DNA of 34,190 bases from Methanothrix sp. (GCA_040770465.1 JAXGJB010000031.1:1-34190), one strand, 5' to 3'; counted from the stretch's first letter, positions 19,555 to 28,812 are shown. The notes: generated from the sequence alone by a model not told the origin. Translations and numbers: made by a program.

Positions 19555-20625
19555 GTGTTTAAACTCAAGAAAATTATGGAAATTTCTGCAGAAGTTATCT
19601 CGGACGGATGCCTTGAAAATGGGGCGATTGTGGCAGCCAATACATTCAAGGATTATTATCCAGCTGATGCTAAACATTATTTCTATGTTTGGCCAAGGGA
19701 TGGTTCGTATGTATCTATTGCAGCTGACATCTTGGGACTAAATGATATTCAAGAAAATTTTTTTAATTGGTGTCTTAATAGAGCAGAAGGATTCTGGGAT
19801 TCAGGATTATTTTTTGAAAAGTATTATGTAAATGGACCAAAAGCCCTTGATAGATTCCAGCCTGACCAAACAGGATCTGTCCTATTCGCCTTATGGCATC
19901 ATTATAAGGACAACCTTGAAGATGCTCTGAAGTTCGAAGATCTGGTTAAAAAGGGCGCTGACGGGATCTCAAGCATTTGGAATGGAGAGTGCTTCGATCT
20001 AGTAGCTAATGATCTCTGGGAGGAGAGGCTGGCTTTCCCAGACCTTGCAGAGAACTTCACGTACTCCCTCGCAGCCTGCATAAAAGGACTGGATTGCGCA
20101 AGCGAAATGATCCCTGAAGATGCAAATAAGTGGAGAGAAGTGGCAAAAGAGATGAGATCGAAACTCGACACTCACTTTGTAGACGGCCATTTTGTTCGAT
20201 CTTTCGGCAAACTGATTGATCCGCGGATAGATGCCTCGGTTTTAGGCCTTGTCTACCCCTTTGAGATCTATGAAGCGGATGACCCCCGAATAATATCCAC
20301 CGTTACGGAAATTGAAAGATGCCTCGTCATTGGTGGCGGGGTGCATCGCTATCAACATGACGAGTATGATGGCTGGATGTTCGAAAGGATGCACCGAAGG
20401 AAGGGGGGTGGCAGCTGGCCGGTCCTCAACTTCTGGCTCTCGATATACTGGGCTAAAAGGGGTGAAACTGGGAGGGCGAGGTATTTTTATGATTGGGTTC
20501 TTGAAAGGTCAGATGGATATTTTCCAGAGCAGATCTTCAATAACGAAGTACAGGTCTCAGTATCACCATTACTATGGTCTCACGCAATGTTCATCATCGC
20601 CTCCAGTTTTTTGGGGCATTGTTGA
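19555..20625 (+). CDS. Glycoside hydrolase family 15 (glucoamylase/trehalase-like), catalytic domain only
   Basis: YVWPRDG, QPDQTG, DLWEE (acid), DASVLGL, RYQHDEY, FPEQI (base), SPLLWSHAMF; no signal peptide. Confidence 0.9.
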   Translation: MFKLKKIMEISAEVISDGCLENGAIVAANTFKDYYPADAKHYFYVWPRDGSYVSIAADILGLNDIQENFFNWCLNRAEGFWDSGLFFEKYYVNGPKALDRFQPDQTGSVLFALWHHYKDNLEDALKFEDLVKKGADGISSIWNGECFDLVANDLWEERLAFPDLAENFTYSLAACIKGLDCASEMIPEDANKWREVAKEMRSKLDTHFVDGHFVRSFGKLIDPRIDASVLGLVYPFEIYEADDPRIISTVTEIERCLVIGGGVHRYQHDEYDGWMFERMHRRKGGGSWPVLNFWLSIYWAKRGETGRARYFYDWVLERSDGYFPEQIFNNEVQVSVSPLLWSHAMFIIASSFLGHC

Positions 20626-20826
20626 AGTCGAGTTGTTTAATGCCGAAATATGTCGAATAATTAGGTACTTAGAAAAGAATCATAATACTTTTCGGTATTA
20701 TAAAAACTATTGAATTCTCATTAAATGCTAATCAGAGGACGTTACGCTAATCTCTTACCTAAACTTTGTAGCATAGCGATATTAAAGACCCAACTTAAGC
20801 GGGGAACAATAATTATTTATATGTTC

Positions 20827-20840
20827 ATGTTCATGAACAT
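20827..20840. promoter_or_regulatory. 14-bp perfect palindrome (candidate operator) between the TATA box and SD of the WD40::GH13 gene
   Basis: ATGTTCATGAACAT, immediately after TTATTTATAT and before GGAGG (20845-20849). Confidence 0.45.
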
Positions 20841-20855
20841 CCATGGAGGTTTCCG

Positions 20856-23642
20856 TTGATGAGGCAGCCATATCCCGTTCCCCCTGGGTTCGAGCTTAAA
20901 CGCAGTTTCCAAGGTCATAAGAATATTATAAACCATATAGAGTGGTTCAAAGATAGTTTAACACTTATTTCAACATCAGACGATTGTAGCATCAGACGTT
21001 GGGATGTGAAGAGCGACACTGAACTTCAGATGATAGAGGAACTCTCAAAAGTCAAATCCGCCGCAATAGTACCAGGAGGCAAACGAATTATCTCTGGATT
21101 GTCCGATCGAATGCTCAGAATATGGGATTTGGATAGCGGCAGACAAGAGGGGGGAGATATGATTGGTCACACAGGATGGGTTAATTCGGTGGCATTGCTG
21201 CAAGATGGCAAGAGGGCCATCTCTGCATCCGGTGACAATACCCTCAAAGTATGGGATATAACAAGAGAGCTAAATAAAGATAATAGACCATGTATAAAAA
21301 CACTTAATGGCCATGTAGGTTATGTTAACTCTGTAATTGTATTGCCGCACAACATTGCCTTATCTGCTTCGACTGATAAAACTGTGAGGTTTTGGGATCT
21401 TGATAAATATAAAGAAATTCGCGATCCTATAAAAAGCAATGCTCCAGTTTACTCATTAGCATTTTCTCCAGAAAGATGTATAATTGCCATCGGGTCCAGA
21501 AGTAATGTAATCAAAATATTTGATTGTAATACTGAAAAAATTTTCGAGCTATATTGTGCTAGTACATCAGAAGTTAGTTCGGTCTCGTTTTCGCATGGTG
21601 GTCAGTTGCTTGCCGCTAAATGTGGCGGCGACATAGTCCATTTGTGGAGGTGCGACAATTGGAAAGAAGTGGGATCGATAACCAACTCAAATTCTGATGC
21701 GAAATTCACACTATTCTCACATTTGGCTTTTCATCCAAAATACCCATTTTTAGCAACTCTAAGTAACCGTGATGAGGATTTCCGCATCTGCGTGTGGGAA
21801 TATGATAGCAATAAGATACTTGGTGGTATATCGAGTGGGAAACCTATCTCTCAGCTCCAGAATGTAGATGAACTAACATCGATTTCTGAGCTTGAGTTCG
21901 AGCCGAAAGGAGATGTCCACCCCTCTCCGAGCGATTGGAGAGACATTATTATATATTTTCTTTTGATAGATCGATTCGACAACGGAAGATCGGACATTCA
22001 CCCTTTCGTATCAGCCGATTGTTCGAAGGGATCCCATCCAGATCCCCAAAAATACAATCTGGATTCTGAACAGGGAAAGAAGTTCCAGGGTGGAAACCTC
22101 AGAGGCGTTACCAGGAGGCTGGACTATATAAAAAATCTCGGATGCAATGCAATATGGATCAGCCCAGTCTTCAAGAATCGGAAGGAGAAAGAAGACTATC
22201 ACGGTTATGGCATCCAAGATTTTCTCTCCGTGGATCCTCGCTTTGGAAACTTGGAAGAGCTAAAGCAGTTAGTACGGGAGGCCCATGAAAAGGGGATCTA
22301 TGTAATACTAGATGTAATAATCAATCACACAGGTGACAACTGGGCTTATCTAGGAGGGGGGGGGCTAAATAAAAAAAATATGATTTGGGGGGATGATAGC
22401 GATGATTGGCCTTTCAGGATCAACTGTCCCTACAGTTTTGGATACTGGAGACGTTTAGAATCCGCAACGACATTCGGCAAAGATGACGCTGTCTGGCCAA
22501 GAGAGCTTCAAAACCCTCATTACTATAAAAGGAGGGGAAAAATTCGGGATTTCGAAAAGGCAGGGCGGGAAGAGATCGAACAGGGTGACTTTTGTGGCTA
22601 CAAAAAACTGGATCTCGACAACCCCGAAGTGATGGATTGTCTCATAAATATTTATAAGTATTGGATCGCTGTTACCGATGTGGACGGCTTCCGTTTAGAC
22701 ACAGCCAAGCATTTAGGACCCGGTCCAACCGCACAGTTCTGCAACGCAATCAAAGAGTATTGTCGGCGGATTGGGAAGCACAACTTCTTGATCTTTGGGG
22801 AAGTTTCTGGGAGTGACGAGAATATAAGGAACTTTCTATGCCGGAATGTCCAGATATCTGGAACCGAAGATTGCCTTTTCTCGCTGGAGGCGGCACTGGA
22901 CTTTCCTCTCAGCGAGGCCTTAGAAAATGTATTCAAGAAGGGGTATGACCTTTCGCATCTGAGGGTGAGATACTCACTTTTGGAGGAATACTATCGCGAC
23001 CGTTGCTCCCCTGGCTCCCATCTGGTTACCTTCCTGGACAACCACGATCACACTGAGAGGTTCATTTATGGATTGGAATCCCAGGAGTTGGCCATGGCCG
23101 CCCTTGGATATTTGATCACCTCGCCAGGAATACCATCCCTCTACTACGGAACAGAACAAGGGTTTGATGGTCATGGAGATAAAGATCATTATGTAAGAGA
23201 GTGCATGTTCGGTGGAAACTGGGGGCCGTTTGGCACGAAAGAAAAGCACTTCTTTGATGAACGCAGCGAACTATATCAACATATTAAATCTATTATAAAA
23301 ATTCGGATGGCGCAGCCAGCTCTGCGATATGGACGAATGCGCTTCAGGGAGGTATCTGAAGACGGCATCTCGTTTGAATATCCTTATACAGTCAACCGAA
23401 TCCCCCTTATCGTCTTCTCTCGGCTGCTTGATAAAGATGAGCTCTTGGTGGCGATAAACCTGTCCTCTGTGGAGAAGAAGGTTTGGGTAGAGGTGGAGGA
23501 TGGGCTATATCATTCTGGGGGAGTGATGGTCAGCTTATTGGATGAGGGATTAAAACTCAAAGTTGAAAAAAAATCATTCCGTTACTGTATCGAACTCGCC
23601 ATCAAACCCTATAAATTATTAATATTGAAGAATGCATTCTGA
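20856..23642 (+). CDS. WD40 beta-propeller fused to a GH13 alpha-amylase-family catalytic domain
   Basis: Seven WD blades (ending RWD, IWD, VWD, FWD, IFD, LWR, VWE). Then IYFLLIDRF, GGNLRG, YHGYG, DVIINH, GFRLDTAKH, GEV, FLDNHD and GIPSLYYGTEQG. Single uninterrupted 928-aa ORF. Confidence 0.92.
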   Translation: MMRQPYPVPPGFELKRSFQGHKNIINHIEWFKDSLTLISTSDDCSIRRWDVKSDTELQMIEELSKVKSAAIVPGGKRIISGLSDRMLRIWDLDSGRQEGGDMIGHTGWVNSVALLQDGKRAISASGDNTLKVWDITRELNKDNRPCIKTLNGHVGYVNSVIVLPHNIALSASTDKTVRFWDLDKYKEIRDPIKSNAPVYSLAFSPERCIIAIGSRSNVIKIFDCNTEKIFELYCASTSEVSSVSFSHGGQLLAAKCGGDIVHLWRCDNWKEVGSITNSNSDAKFTLFSHLAFHPKYPFLATLSNRDEDFRICVWEYDSNKILGGISSGKPISQLQNVDELTSISELEFEPKGDVHPSPSDWRDIIIYFLLIDRFDNGRSDIHPFVSADCSKGSHPDPQKYNLDSEQGKKFQGGNLRGVTRRLDYIKNLGCNAIWISPVFKNRKEKEDYHGYGIQDFLSVDPRFGNLEELKQLVREAHEKGIYVILDVIINHTGDNWAYLGGGGLNKKNMIWGDDSDDWPFRINCPYSFGYWRRLESATTFGKDDAVWPRELQNPHYYKRRGKIRDFEKAGREEIEQGDFCGYKKLDLDNPEVMDCLINIYKYWIAVTDVDGFRLDTAKHLGPGPTAQFCNAIKEYCRRIGKHNFLIFGEVSGSDENIRNFLCRNVQISGTEDCLFSLEAALDFPLSEALENVFKKGYDLSHLRVRYSLLEEYYRDRCSPGSHLVTFLDNHDHTERFIYGLESQELAMAALGYLITSPGIPSLYYGTEQGFDGHGDKDHYVRECMFGGNWGPFGTKEKHFFDERSELYQHIKSIIKIRMAQPALRYGRMRFREVSEDGISFEYPYTVNRIPLIVFSRLLDKDELLVAINLSSVEKKVWVEVEDGLYHSGGVMVSLLDEGLKLKVEKKSFRYCIELAIKPYKLLILKNAF

Positions 23643-23706
23643 TGAAGAGACACGCATGATCTTGATTTCAGACCTATATGCATAATTGCTAAAGGGGTTT
23701 ACTAGA

Positions 23707-25188
23707 ATGCCGGAAATAGATGATACGACTGCGGTAAATAACAGCGTTATAGAGCGTTATTGCGAGGCCTTCCGCCTAATGCGGGTGAATAATTTAGACG
23801 ACGCTGCCACGAAGCTAAGGGAACTTAAAAAGTATGATAGAGAGTACCTCAACGCTCATCGATACCTGGGCATAATTTATATGCAACAGGGAGAGTTTAC
23901 TGATGCTATAAATGAGTTTGTTTTTATATTAAACAAGGACCAAAAAAAATTTCGCTCTTTAAAAGATCGTTGCAAAGATTCCTTCGATAAAGAGACTGAT
24001 CCCGATGGCCATATGGCATGGGTCCATCACGACCTAGGTAAGGCCCATCTGGAGTTGGGAGAATACAAAGATGCCATAAAATATATAAAAGAATCTATAA
24101 AAATCTTCGAAGCCGAACCCAAAAACTGGTTCATAAACGATCTAGGCTGGGCTTACTACAAATGCGGTAGGAACCATGAAGACCGTGGCGAAAAAGACGA
24201 GGCCCGCAAAAAATACAAAGAGGCTATAGAACAGTATAAGAAAGCAATCAAACTAGATCCCAAGGACGCTCATTCTCATTTCTTCCTCGGCCTCGCCTTG
24301 ATCAAGAACGGGCAGCTTAGTGATGCCGAAGAGGAGCTGAATGAAGCGAGCGACTGCTTTAAAGGGATACTTAGAAACGAAAAATTGAACCCCACAAATA
24401 AAGAAGCCTGGATCCAAGTTGAATTGAAGCTCGCCTCCACTAAGAACAACTTAGGCAGGATTCAGATGGAAAAGGGAAGTTACGACGATGCTAAGGATCT
24501 ATTTCTGGATGCATTAAAAATATGCTTGAATAAAGAGTGCCAAGAATATATCGAAAAACTCACGCCCTGGGGGAAGAGAAAGGAGCAGAGGATCATCGCC
24601 GCACTTCATACCAATATGGGATTATTATATTATAAACGGGGATCGTTAGATGAGGCACGAAAGGAGTATATGGAAGCCTTAACGATGGCAGAGCTGCCGG
24701 AGACCTATAATAATTTGGCAGCTATATCCAACAAAGAGGGTGCAAAGGAGAATGCTGAGTTTCATCTCAATAACGCTCTCCGCGTTAATCCCCGATTTAA
24801 GCCGGCATTAACCAACCTGGAAAAACTTACGAGAGGGACTACCAACTGGTGTGACTGGTGGTTTGAACCCATCCAGTCCGAATCATCTGGGAAGTTTGCT
24901 TCCCTTAAATGCAAATATCACCGCAAATGGATCTTAGGATCTTTGCTGGTATTCACCCTGATTCTATTGGTTGCCGATATGCTGATCGCCTCCTTTTCAG
25001 GAATGGTCACAATCACAAGCTTTGAAACGGGACCTAGCCTAAGGGATAAGATGCTTTTAGCTTCTCTGATATTCTTCCTACTGGTCCACCCCCGGATCGA
25101 AGCCTTTGCTCTCGGAGAGGTGAAGTTTAACATGGCTACAGAGGTTGCTTCATCATCCCTCCGAAGCGAAGGATCAACCTCTGAATGA
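23707..25188 (+). CDS. TPR-repeat protein with C-terminal transmembrane helices
   Basis: Multiple TPRs (HDLGKAHLELGEYKDAI, AIKLDPKDAHSHFFLG, NNLGRIQMEKG, TYNNLA), WCDWWF, then two hydrophobic segments. Start set at ATG 23707 (alternative TTG 23686). Confidence 0.88.
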   Translation: MPEIDDTTAVNNSVIERYCEAFRLMRVNNLDDAATKLRELKKYDREYLNAHRYLGIIYMQQGEFTDAINEFVFILNKDQKKFRSLKDRCKDSFDKETDPDGHMAWVHHDLGKAHLELGEYKDAIKYIKESIKIFEAEPKNWFINDLGWAYYKCGRNHEDRGEKDEARKKYKEAIEQYKKAIKLDPKDAHSHFFLGLALIKNGQLSDAEEELNEASDCFKGILRNEKLNPTNKEAWIQVELKLASTKNNLGRIQMEKGSYDDAKDLFLDALKICLNKECQEYIEKLTPWGKRKEQRIIAALHTNMGLLYYKRGSLDEARKEYMEALTMAELPETYNNLAAISNKEGAKENAEFHLNNALRVNPRFKPALTNLEKLTRGTTNWCDWWFEPIQSESSGKFASLKCKYHRKWILGSLLVFTLILLVADMLIASFSGMVTITSFETGPSLRDKMLLASLIFFLLVHPRIEAFALGEVKFNMATEVASSSLRSEGSTSE

Positions 25189-25454
25189 TCCGTTATGTCC
25201 CAGTTATCCATTTTAAGTAGATCCCTATTAGTCCCATCTCTAAAGACCGTTTCTTGAAACTGTCTGGCGGGTCTTCGATACGAATGAAATCGTTTGGGTT
25301 TTCCTAACTTTGGCCTTATTTTTTTATGTAGGGTGCTAGTTGGAAAAACATCATTTTTCATCTCTTTATATCGCTCCCCCTTCACCAAAAAGCGTATATC
25401 TCAGCGCCACTATAATAATGAGTTCGACCGATAAAAAAGAGGTGACAGATTATC

Positions 25455-26039
25455 ATGAGAAAGAGAAGATACCCATCCATATTCGACGCCTTCGAGAGCA
25501 TCTTCCGGGGCTTTCCCTTCGAGGAGGAACGCGAGGAGGGGATTTATCGAGACCCCTTCGAGGAGCTGATCAGGAGGTTCCAGGAGGGGATCCCCGAGGA
25601 CATGAAGGAGCTGGTCCGGGAGGAGGAGACCCCCGCGGGGACGGCCCGCCGCTACGGCCCCTTCGTCTACGGCTTCAGCTACACCGCAGAGCCGGGAAAG
25701 GAGCCGACCTTCCGGGAGTTCGGAAACATCCGGCCCAGCCGCGGCGGGATCGAGCCGAGCGCCGGCCGCGAGCCGCTGGTCGACGTGATGGAGGACGGCG
25801 ACCTCTACAAGATCTTCGCGGAGCTTCCTGGCGTCGAGAAGGAGTCGATCAAGCTCGACTCGACCGAGCGGACTGTACGGATCGAGACGACCGGCGAGAA
25901 GAAGTTCGCTAAATTGATCAGCCTCGACGATGAGGTCGACCCCGACAGCGCCAAAGCGTCGTACAAGAACGGCGTCCTCTCCGTGGAGCTGGAGAAGAAG
26001 GTGAAGGCCGAGAAGGGGAAGGAGATCAAGATCGAGTAA
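25455..26039 (+). CDS. hsp20: Archaeal small heat-shock protein (Hsp20/alpha-crystallin)
   Basis: GPFVYGFS..FREFGN, REPLVDV, AELPGVEKESI, ASYKNGVL and C-terminal IKIE; SD GAGGTGA. Confidence 0.95.
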   Translation: MRKRRYPSIFDAFESIFRGFPFEEEREEGIYRDPFEELIRRFQEGIPEDMKELVREEETPAGTARRYGPFVYGFSYTAEPGKEPTFREFGNIRPSRGGIEPSAGREPLVDVMEDGDLYKIFAELPGVEKESIKLDSTERTVRIETTGEKKFAKLISLDDEVDPDSAKASYKNGVLSVELEKKVKAEKGKEIKIE

Positions 26040-26065
26040 ATGATCAAGTAGATGATCGAGTAGGT
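26030..26065 (+). repeat. Three imperfect 12-bp tandem copies of the hsp20 3' end
   Basis: GATCGAGTAAAT / GATCAAGTAGAT / GATCGAGTAGGT. Confidence 0.75.
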
Positions 26066-26108
26066 CTATCTCGGATAGATTTATACTCTGATAAAATCTA
26101 TTTTTTAA

Positions 26109-26421
26109 TGCGGGCGCGCCGGCGGTTGCCTGCAACACCACAGGCCAGGTGACCCAGAGACCTTCTCCTCCCCGCAAGTCTGCAAGCGACAGTTATCCGC
26201 GGTAGGTCTGCTCCCTTCCGGGCCTGAACCGGTCCCCGCAGTTGAGATGACCAGACCTGCCCTCCGGCAGGCCCAACCACCAATGCTGTCCCCGCAGGGC
26301 GGAGAATCACAGTCGGCAACTGGACTGAACCTGCAGCACACGCAGTCGTCCACCAGCTTCGTCCCCCGCATATCGGCGATCTCGGGTTACAGGTGACGCC
26401 GAGCCACCCGGACTAGCCCGC
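26109..26421 (-). ncRNA. ffs: Archaeal signal recognition particle (7S/SRP) RNA
   Basis: 5' Alu domain GCGGGCTAGTCCGGGTGGCTCGGCGTCACCTGTAACCCG; helix-8 motif CAGGCCCGGAAGGGAGCAG (26226-26208); 5'/3' ends pair (GCGGGC/GCCCGC); about 313 nt; TTTAT box about 25-30 bp upstream. Confidence 0.95.
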
Positions 26422-26473
26422 GAATATCAGAGTCCTCTGGGGGAACATAAACCTAACGCAAGATTTGACCCAA

Positions 26474-26503
26474 GATGACGATGACGATGATGATGATGAT
26501 GAC
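26474..26503 (+). repeat. (GAY)10 trinucleotide tract encoding the Met-rich uORF MTMTMMMMMTAAR* (26475-26516)
   Basis: GATGACGATGACGATGATGATGATGATGAC read directly. Confidence 0.85.
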
Positions 26504-26618
26504 TGCTGCGAGATGAAGCTGAGAAGACCGAGATGAGGATGAAAGCTGCGATTTGAACCGAGATTCGATCTCGATTTGTGATGCTGATTTTGCGATTGAA
26601 CCGAGGAGGTGCGAGATT

Positions 26619-26861
26619 ATGGAAGAGATGATAGGGTTTGTAATGGGAAACAAGCAGAGGATAAAGGTCCTGGAGATCATCGAGTCGAAGGGGCCCCAGC
26701 CAGCCGAGAAGATCGCCAAGTTCGGCCGTCTCACCGCCCCCGTCGTGGCGCGGGCCCTGGAGGAGGTCGCTGGAAAGGGGCTATTGAAGGAGAAGGACGG
26801 GGTCTGGAACTTCACCGACCTGGGGATCGAGCTGTCGAAAGAGCTGAAGAAGAGGGCGTGA
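26619..26861 (+). CDS. Small winged-helix DNA-binding protein
   Basis: 80 aa; SD GAGGAGGTG; wHTH pattern RIKVLEII...AEKIAK...VARALEEVAGKGLL...WNFTDLG. Confidence 0.8.
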   Translation: MEEMIGFVMGNKQRIKVLEIIESKGPQPAEKIAKFGRLTAPVVARALEEVAGKGLLKEKDGVWNFTDLGIELSKELKKRA

Positions 26862-26865
26862 TCGG

Positions 26866-27378
26866 ATGGAGCTAGCCGAGGCGATTCGAAGGCGGAGGAG
26901 CATACGAAAGTACCTCCCCCGGAAGATCGAGAACGATAAGCTCGACCGGGTCCTGGAGGCGGGAAGGCTCGCCCCCTCAGCGAAGAACCTCCAGGAGTGG
27001 AAGTTCATCGTGGTCCGGGACGACGGCAGGAGGAAGCGGCTCGCCGAGGCGGCGAAGGGCCAGACCTTCGTCGGCGAGGCTCCGGTGGTGATCGCAGCCT
27101 GCGCCACGGTGACCGATTACGTCATGACCTGCGGCCAGCTCACATACCCCATCGACCTCGCCATAGCCGTCGAGCACATGGTCCTCGCGGCGGCGGCAGA
27201 GGGTCTGGGGACCTGCTGGATCGGGGCATTCTACGAGGAGGAGGTGAAGAAGGTCCTGAACATACCCCCCGAGATCAGGGTCGTGGCCCTCCTGCCGATG
27301 GGCTACCCCGTCGAGTCGCCGGCCCCAAGGCCCCGGAAGGAGATGGACGAGATCGTCGCCTTCGAGACCTGGGGATGA
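26866..27378 (+). CDS. Nitroreductase family protein
   Basis: [38 protein letters not shown]. Confidence 0.95.
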   Translation: MELAEAIRRRRSIRKYLPRKIENDKLDRVLEAGRLAPSAKNLQEWKFIVVRDDGRRKRLAEAAKGQTFVGEAPVVIAACATVTDYVMTCGQLTYPIDLAIAVEHMVLAAAAEGLGTCWIGAFYEEEVKKVLNIPPEIRVVALLPMGYPVESPAPRPRKEMDEIVAFETWG

Positions 27379-27446
27379 GTTGGGCGGAATCGAAGTCTTG
27401 TGGTCATAAGACAAGGAAAGACGATGGAATCGGCGAAGGTGTGAAA

Positions 27447-27863
27447 GTGGCCGGAAAGGTCGTTAAAACCGACGAGGAGTGGAAGAATCTCCTCACTCGG
27501 GAGGAGTACATCGTCACCAGGAGGAGGGGGACGGAGCCCCCCTTCTCCGGCAAGTACTACAACTTCAAGGGAGAGGGGATTTATCGCTGCGTCGCATGCG
27601 GAAATGACCTATTCTCCTCGGAGATGAAGTTCGACTCGGGCTCTGGCTGGCCCAGCTTCTGGGCTCCGATCTCCAAGGAGAGCGTCGACGAGAGGGAAGA
27701 CAGAAGCTACGGAATGACCAGAACTGAGGTGGTCTGTGCGAGGTGCGACTCCCACCTAGGCCACGTCTTCGAGGACGGGCCGCCCCCGACGGGGCTCCGG
27801 TACTGCATCAACTCGGCAGCTCTGAAGTTCGTCCCCCAGGATGAGCTAGATTCCGAGGTATGA
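27447..27863 (+). CDS. msrB: Peptide-methionine (R)-S-oxide reductase
   Basis: [45 protein letters not shown]. Start uncertain (GTG 27447 or 27441, or ATG 27375). Confidence 0.96.
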   Translation: MAGKVVKTDEEWKNLLTREEYIVTRRRGTEPPFSGKYYNFKGEGIYRCVACGNDLFSSEMKFDSGSGWPSFWAPISKESVDEREDRSYGMTRTEVVCARCDSHLGHVFEDGPPPTGLRYCINSAALKFVPQDELDSEV

Positions 27864-27891
27864 AGAGATCAGAGTTTGAAGGCGGATTCGT

Positions 27892-28767
27892 TTGGCAGAG
27901 CACATACTGGAGATGGCCGGAGCCCTGGTGAGGGTGAGGGACGGAGAGATCGAGGTCCTCTCAGACCCCAAGGTGAAATGGTGCCCCCTGCGAAGCGGCC
28001 TCTACGGGCACGAGGCCGAGTCCAGGAAGACCGTCGAGTCGGTCCTGCGAGGCCACATCGAAGAGCTGGGGATGTACGGTCCAGATCGCGTCCTGGAGCT
28101 CTCCGAGCGGCCGGTCAGCTTCGGAGCCTCCGAGATGATCGCCGACGGGATGAAGGGTGGGCTCGTCGACGCGGCCGTCGTCGTCTGCGAGGGGGCGGGG
28201 ACGGTCGTCGCCGCGAGGCCCGAGGTCGTGGCCGCCCTCGGCGCCCACATGACCGGCCTCGTCAGGACCGAGCCGATCGAGGAGATACAGTCCGGCCTCC
28301 GGGAGCGCGGATGCATCCTCCTCGACGACCGGTGCACCATCGATCAGGTGGAGGGTTACCGGAGGGCCCTTGCCGCCGGATACCAGCGGATCGTCGTCAC
28401 CATCACTGGAAAGAGGGCCTTCGAGGCCGAGGAGATCAGAAAGCTGGCTTCAGCCTCGGCTTGTGGACAGGCGGCCGAGGAACCGGTGATATTCGCGGTC
28501 CACAACCTCGACGTCGCCGAGGATCAGGCGGAGGTCCTGGCCGAAACTTGCGACGTCGTCTGGGGTTGCGCCTCGCGGCCGGTCCGTGACGTTGTGGGAC
28601 GGCGGGCGAAGCTCCAGATCGGGATCTCGATACCCGTCTACGCCCTCACCGATCGGGGAAAGCGGCTGGTACTAAACCGGGCTCAGCATTTTGACGAGAG
28701 CCTGGTGATGCACAGGGCGACGCTCCCTTACGGGCCGGAAGAGAAGCTGCCAACGCTTCTGGACTGA
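27892..28767 (+). CDS. Methanogenesis marker 8 (DUF2099) family protein
   Basis: HILEMAG..VRVRDG..P.VKWCPL, VSFGASE, DAAVVVCEGAGTV, M.GLVRTEPI, CAS motifs. Confidence 0.78.
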   Translation: MAEHILEMAGALVRVRDGEIEVLSDPKVKWCPLRSGLYGHEAESRKTVESVLRGHIEELGMYGPDRVLELSERPVSFGASEMIADGMKGGLVDAAVVVCEGAGTVVAARPEVVAALGAHMTGLVRTEPIEEIQSGLRERGCILLDDRCTIDQVEGYRRALAAGYQRIVVTITGKRAFEAEEIRKLASASACGQAAEEPVIFAVHNLDVAEDQAEVLAETCDVVWGCASRPVRDVVGRRAKLQIGISIPVYALTDRGKRLVLNRAQHFDESLVMHRATLPYGPEEKLPTLLD

Positions 28768-28812
28768 ATATCAAAAAGAATCAGAACATCGGACGGGTGG
28801 GGGGTTGGAGGT

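Larger units (their letters stand above)
19532..25400. other. AT-rich genomic island (GH15, WD40::GH13, TPR-TM)
   Basis: Abrupt switch, seen by eye, from the G/C-ending codons of nreA and hsp20 to A/T-rich codons; boundaries approximate. Confidence 0.8.

Noticed and set aside
26098-26371. Small Cys-rich ORFs
   Set aside because: They lie within the SRP RNA gene.
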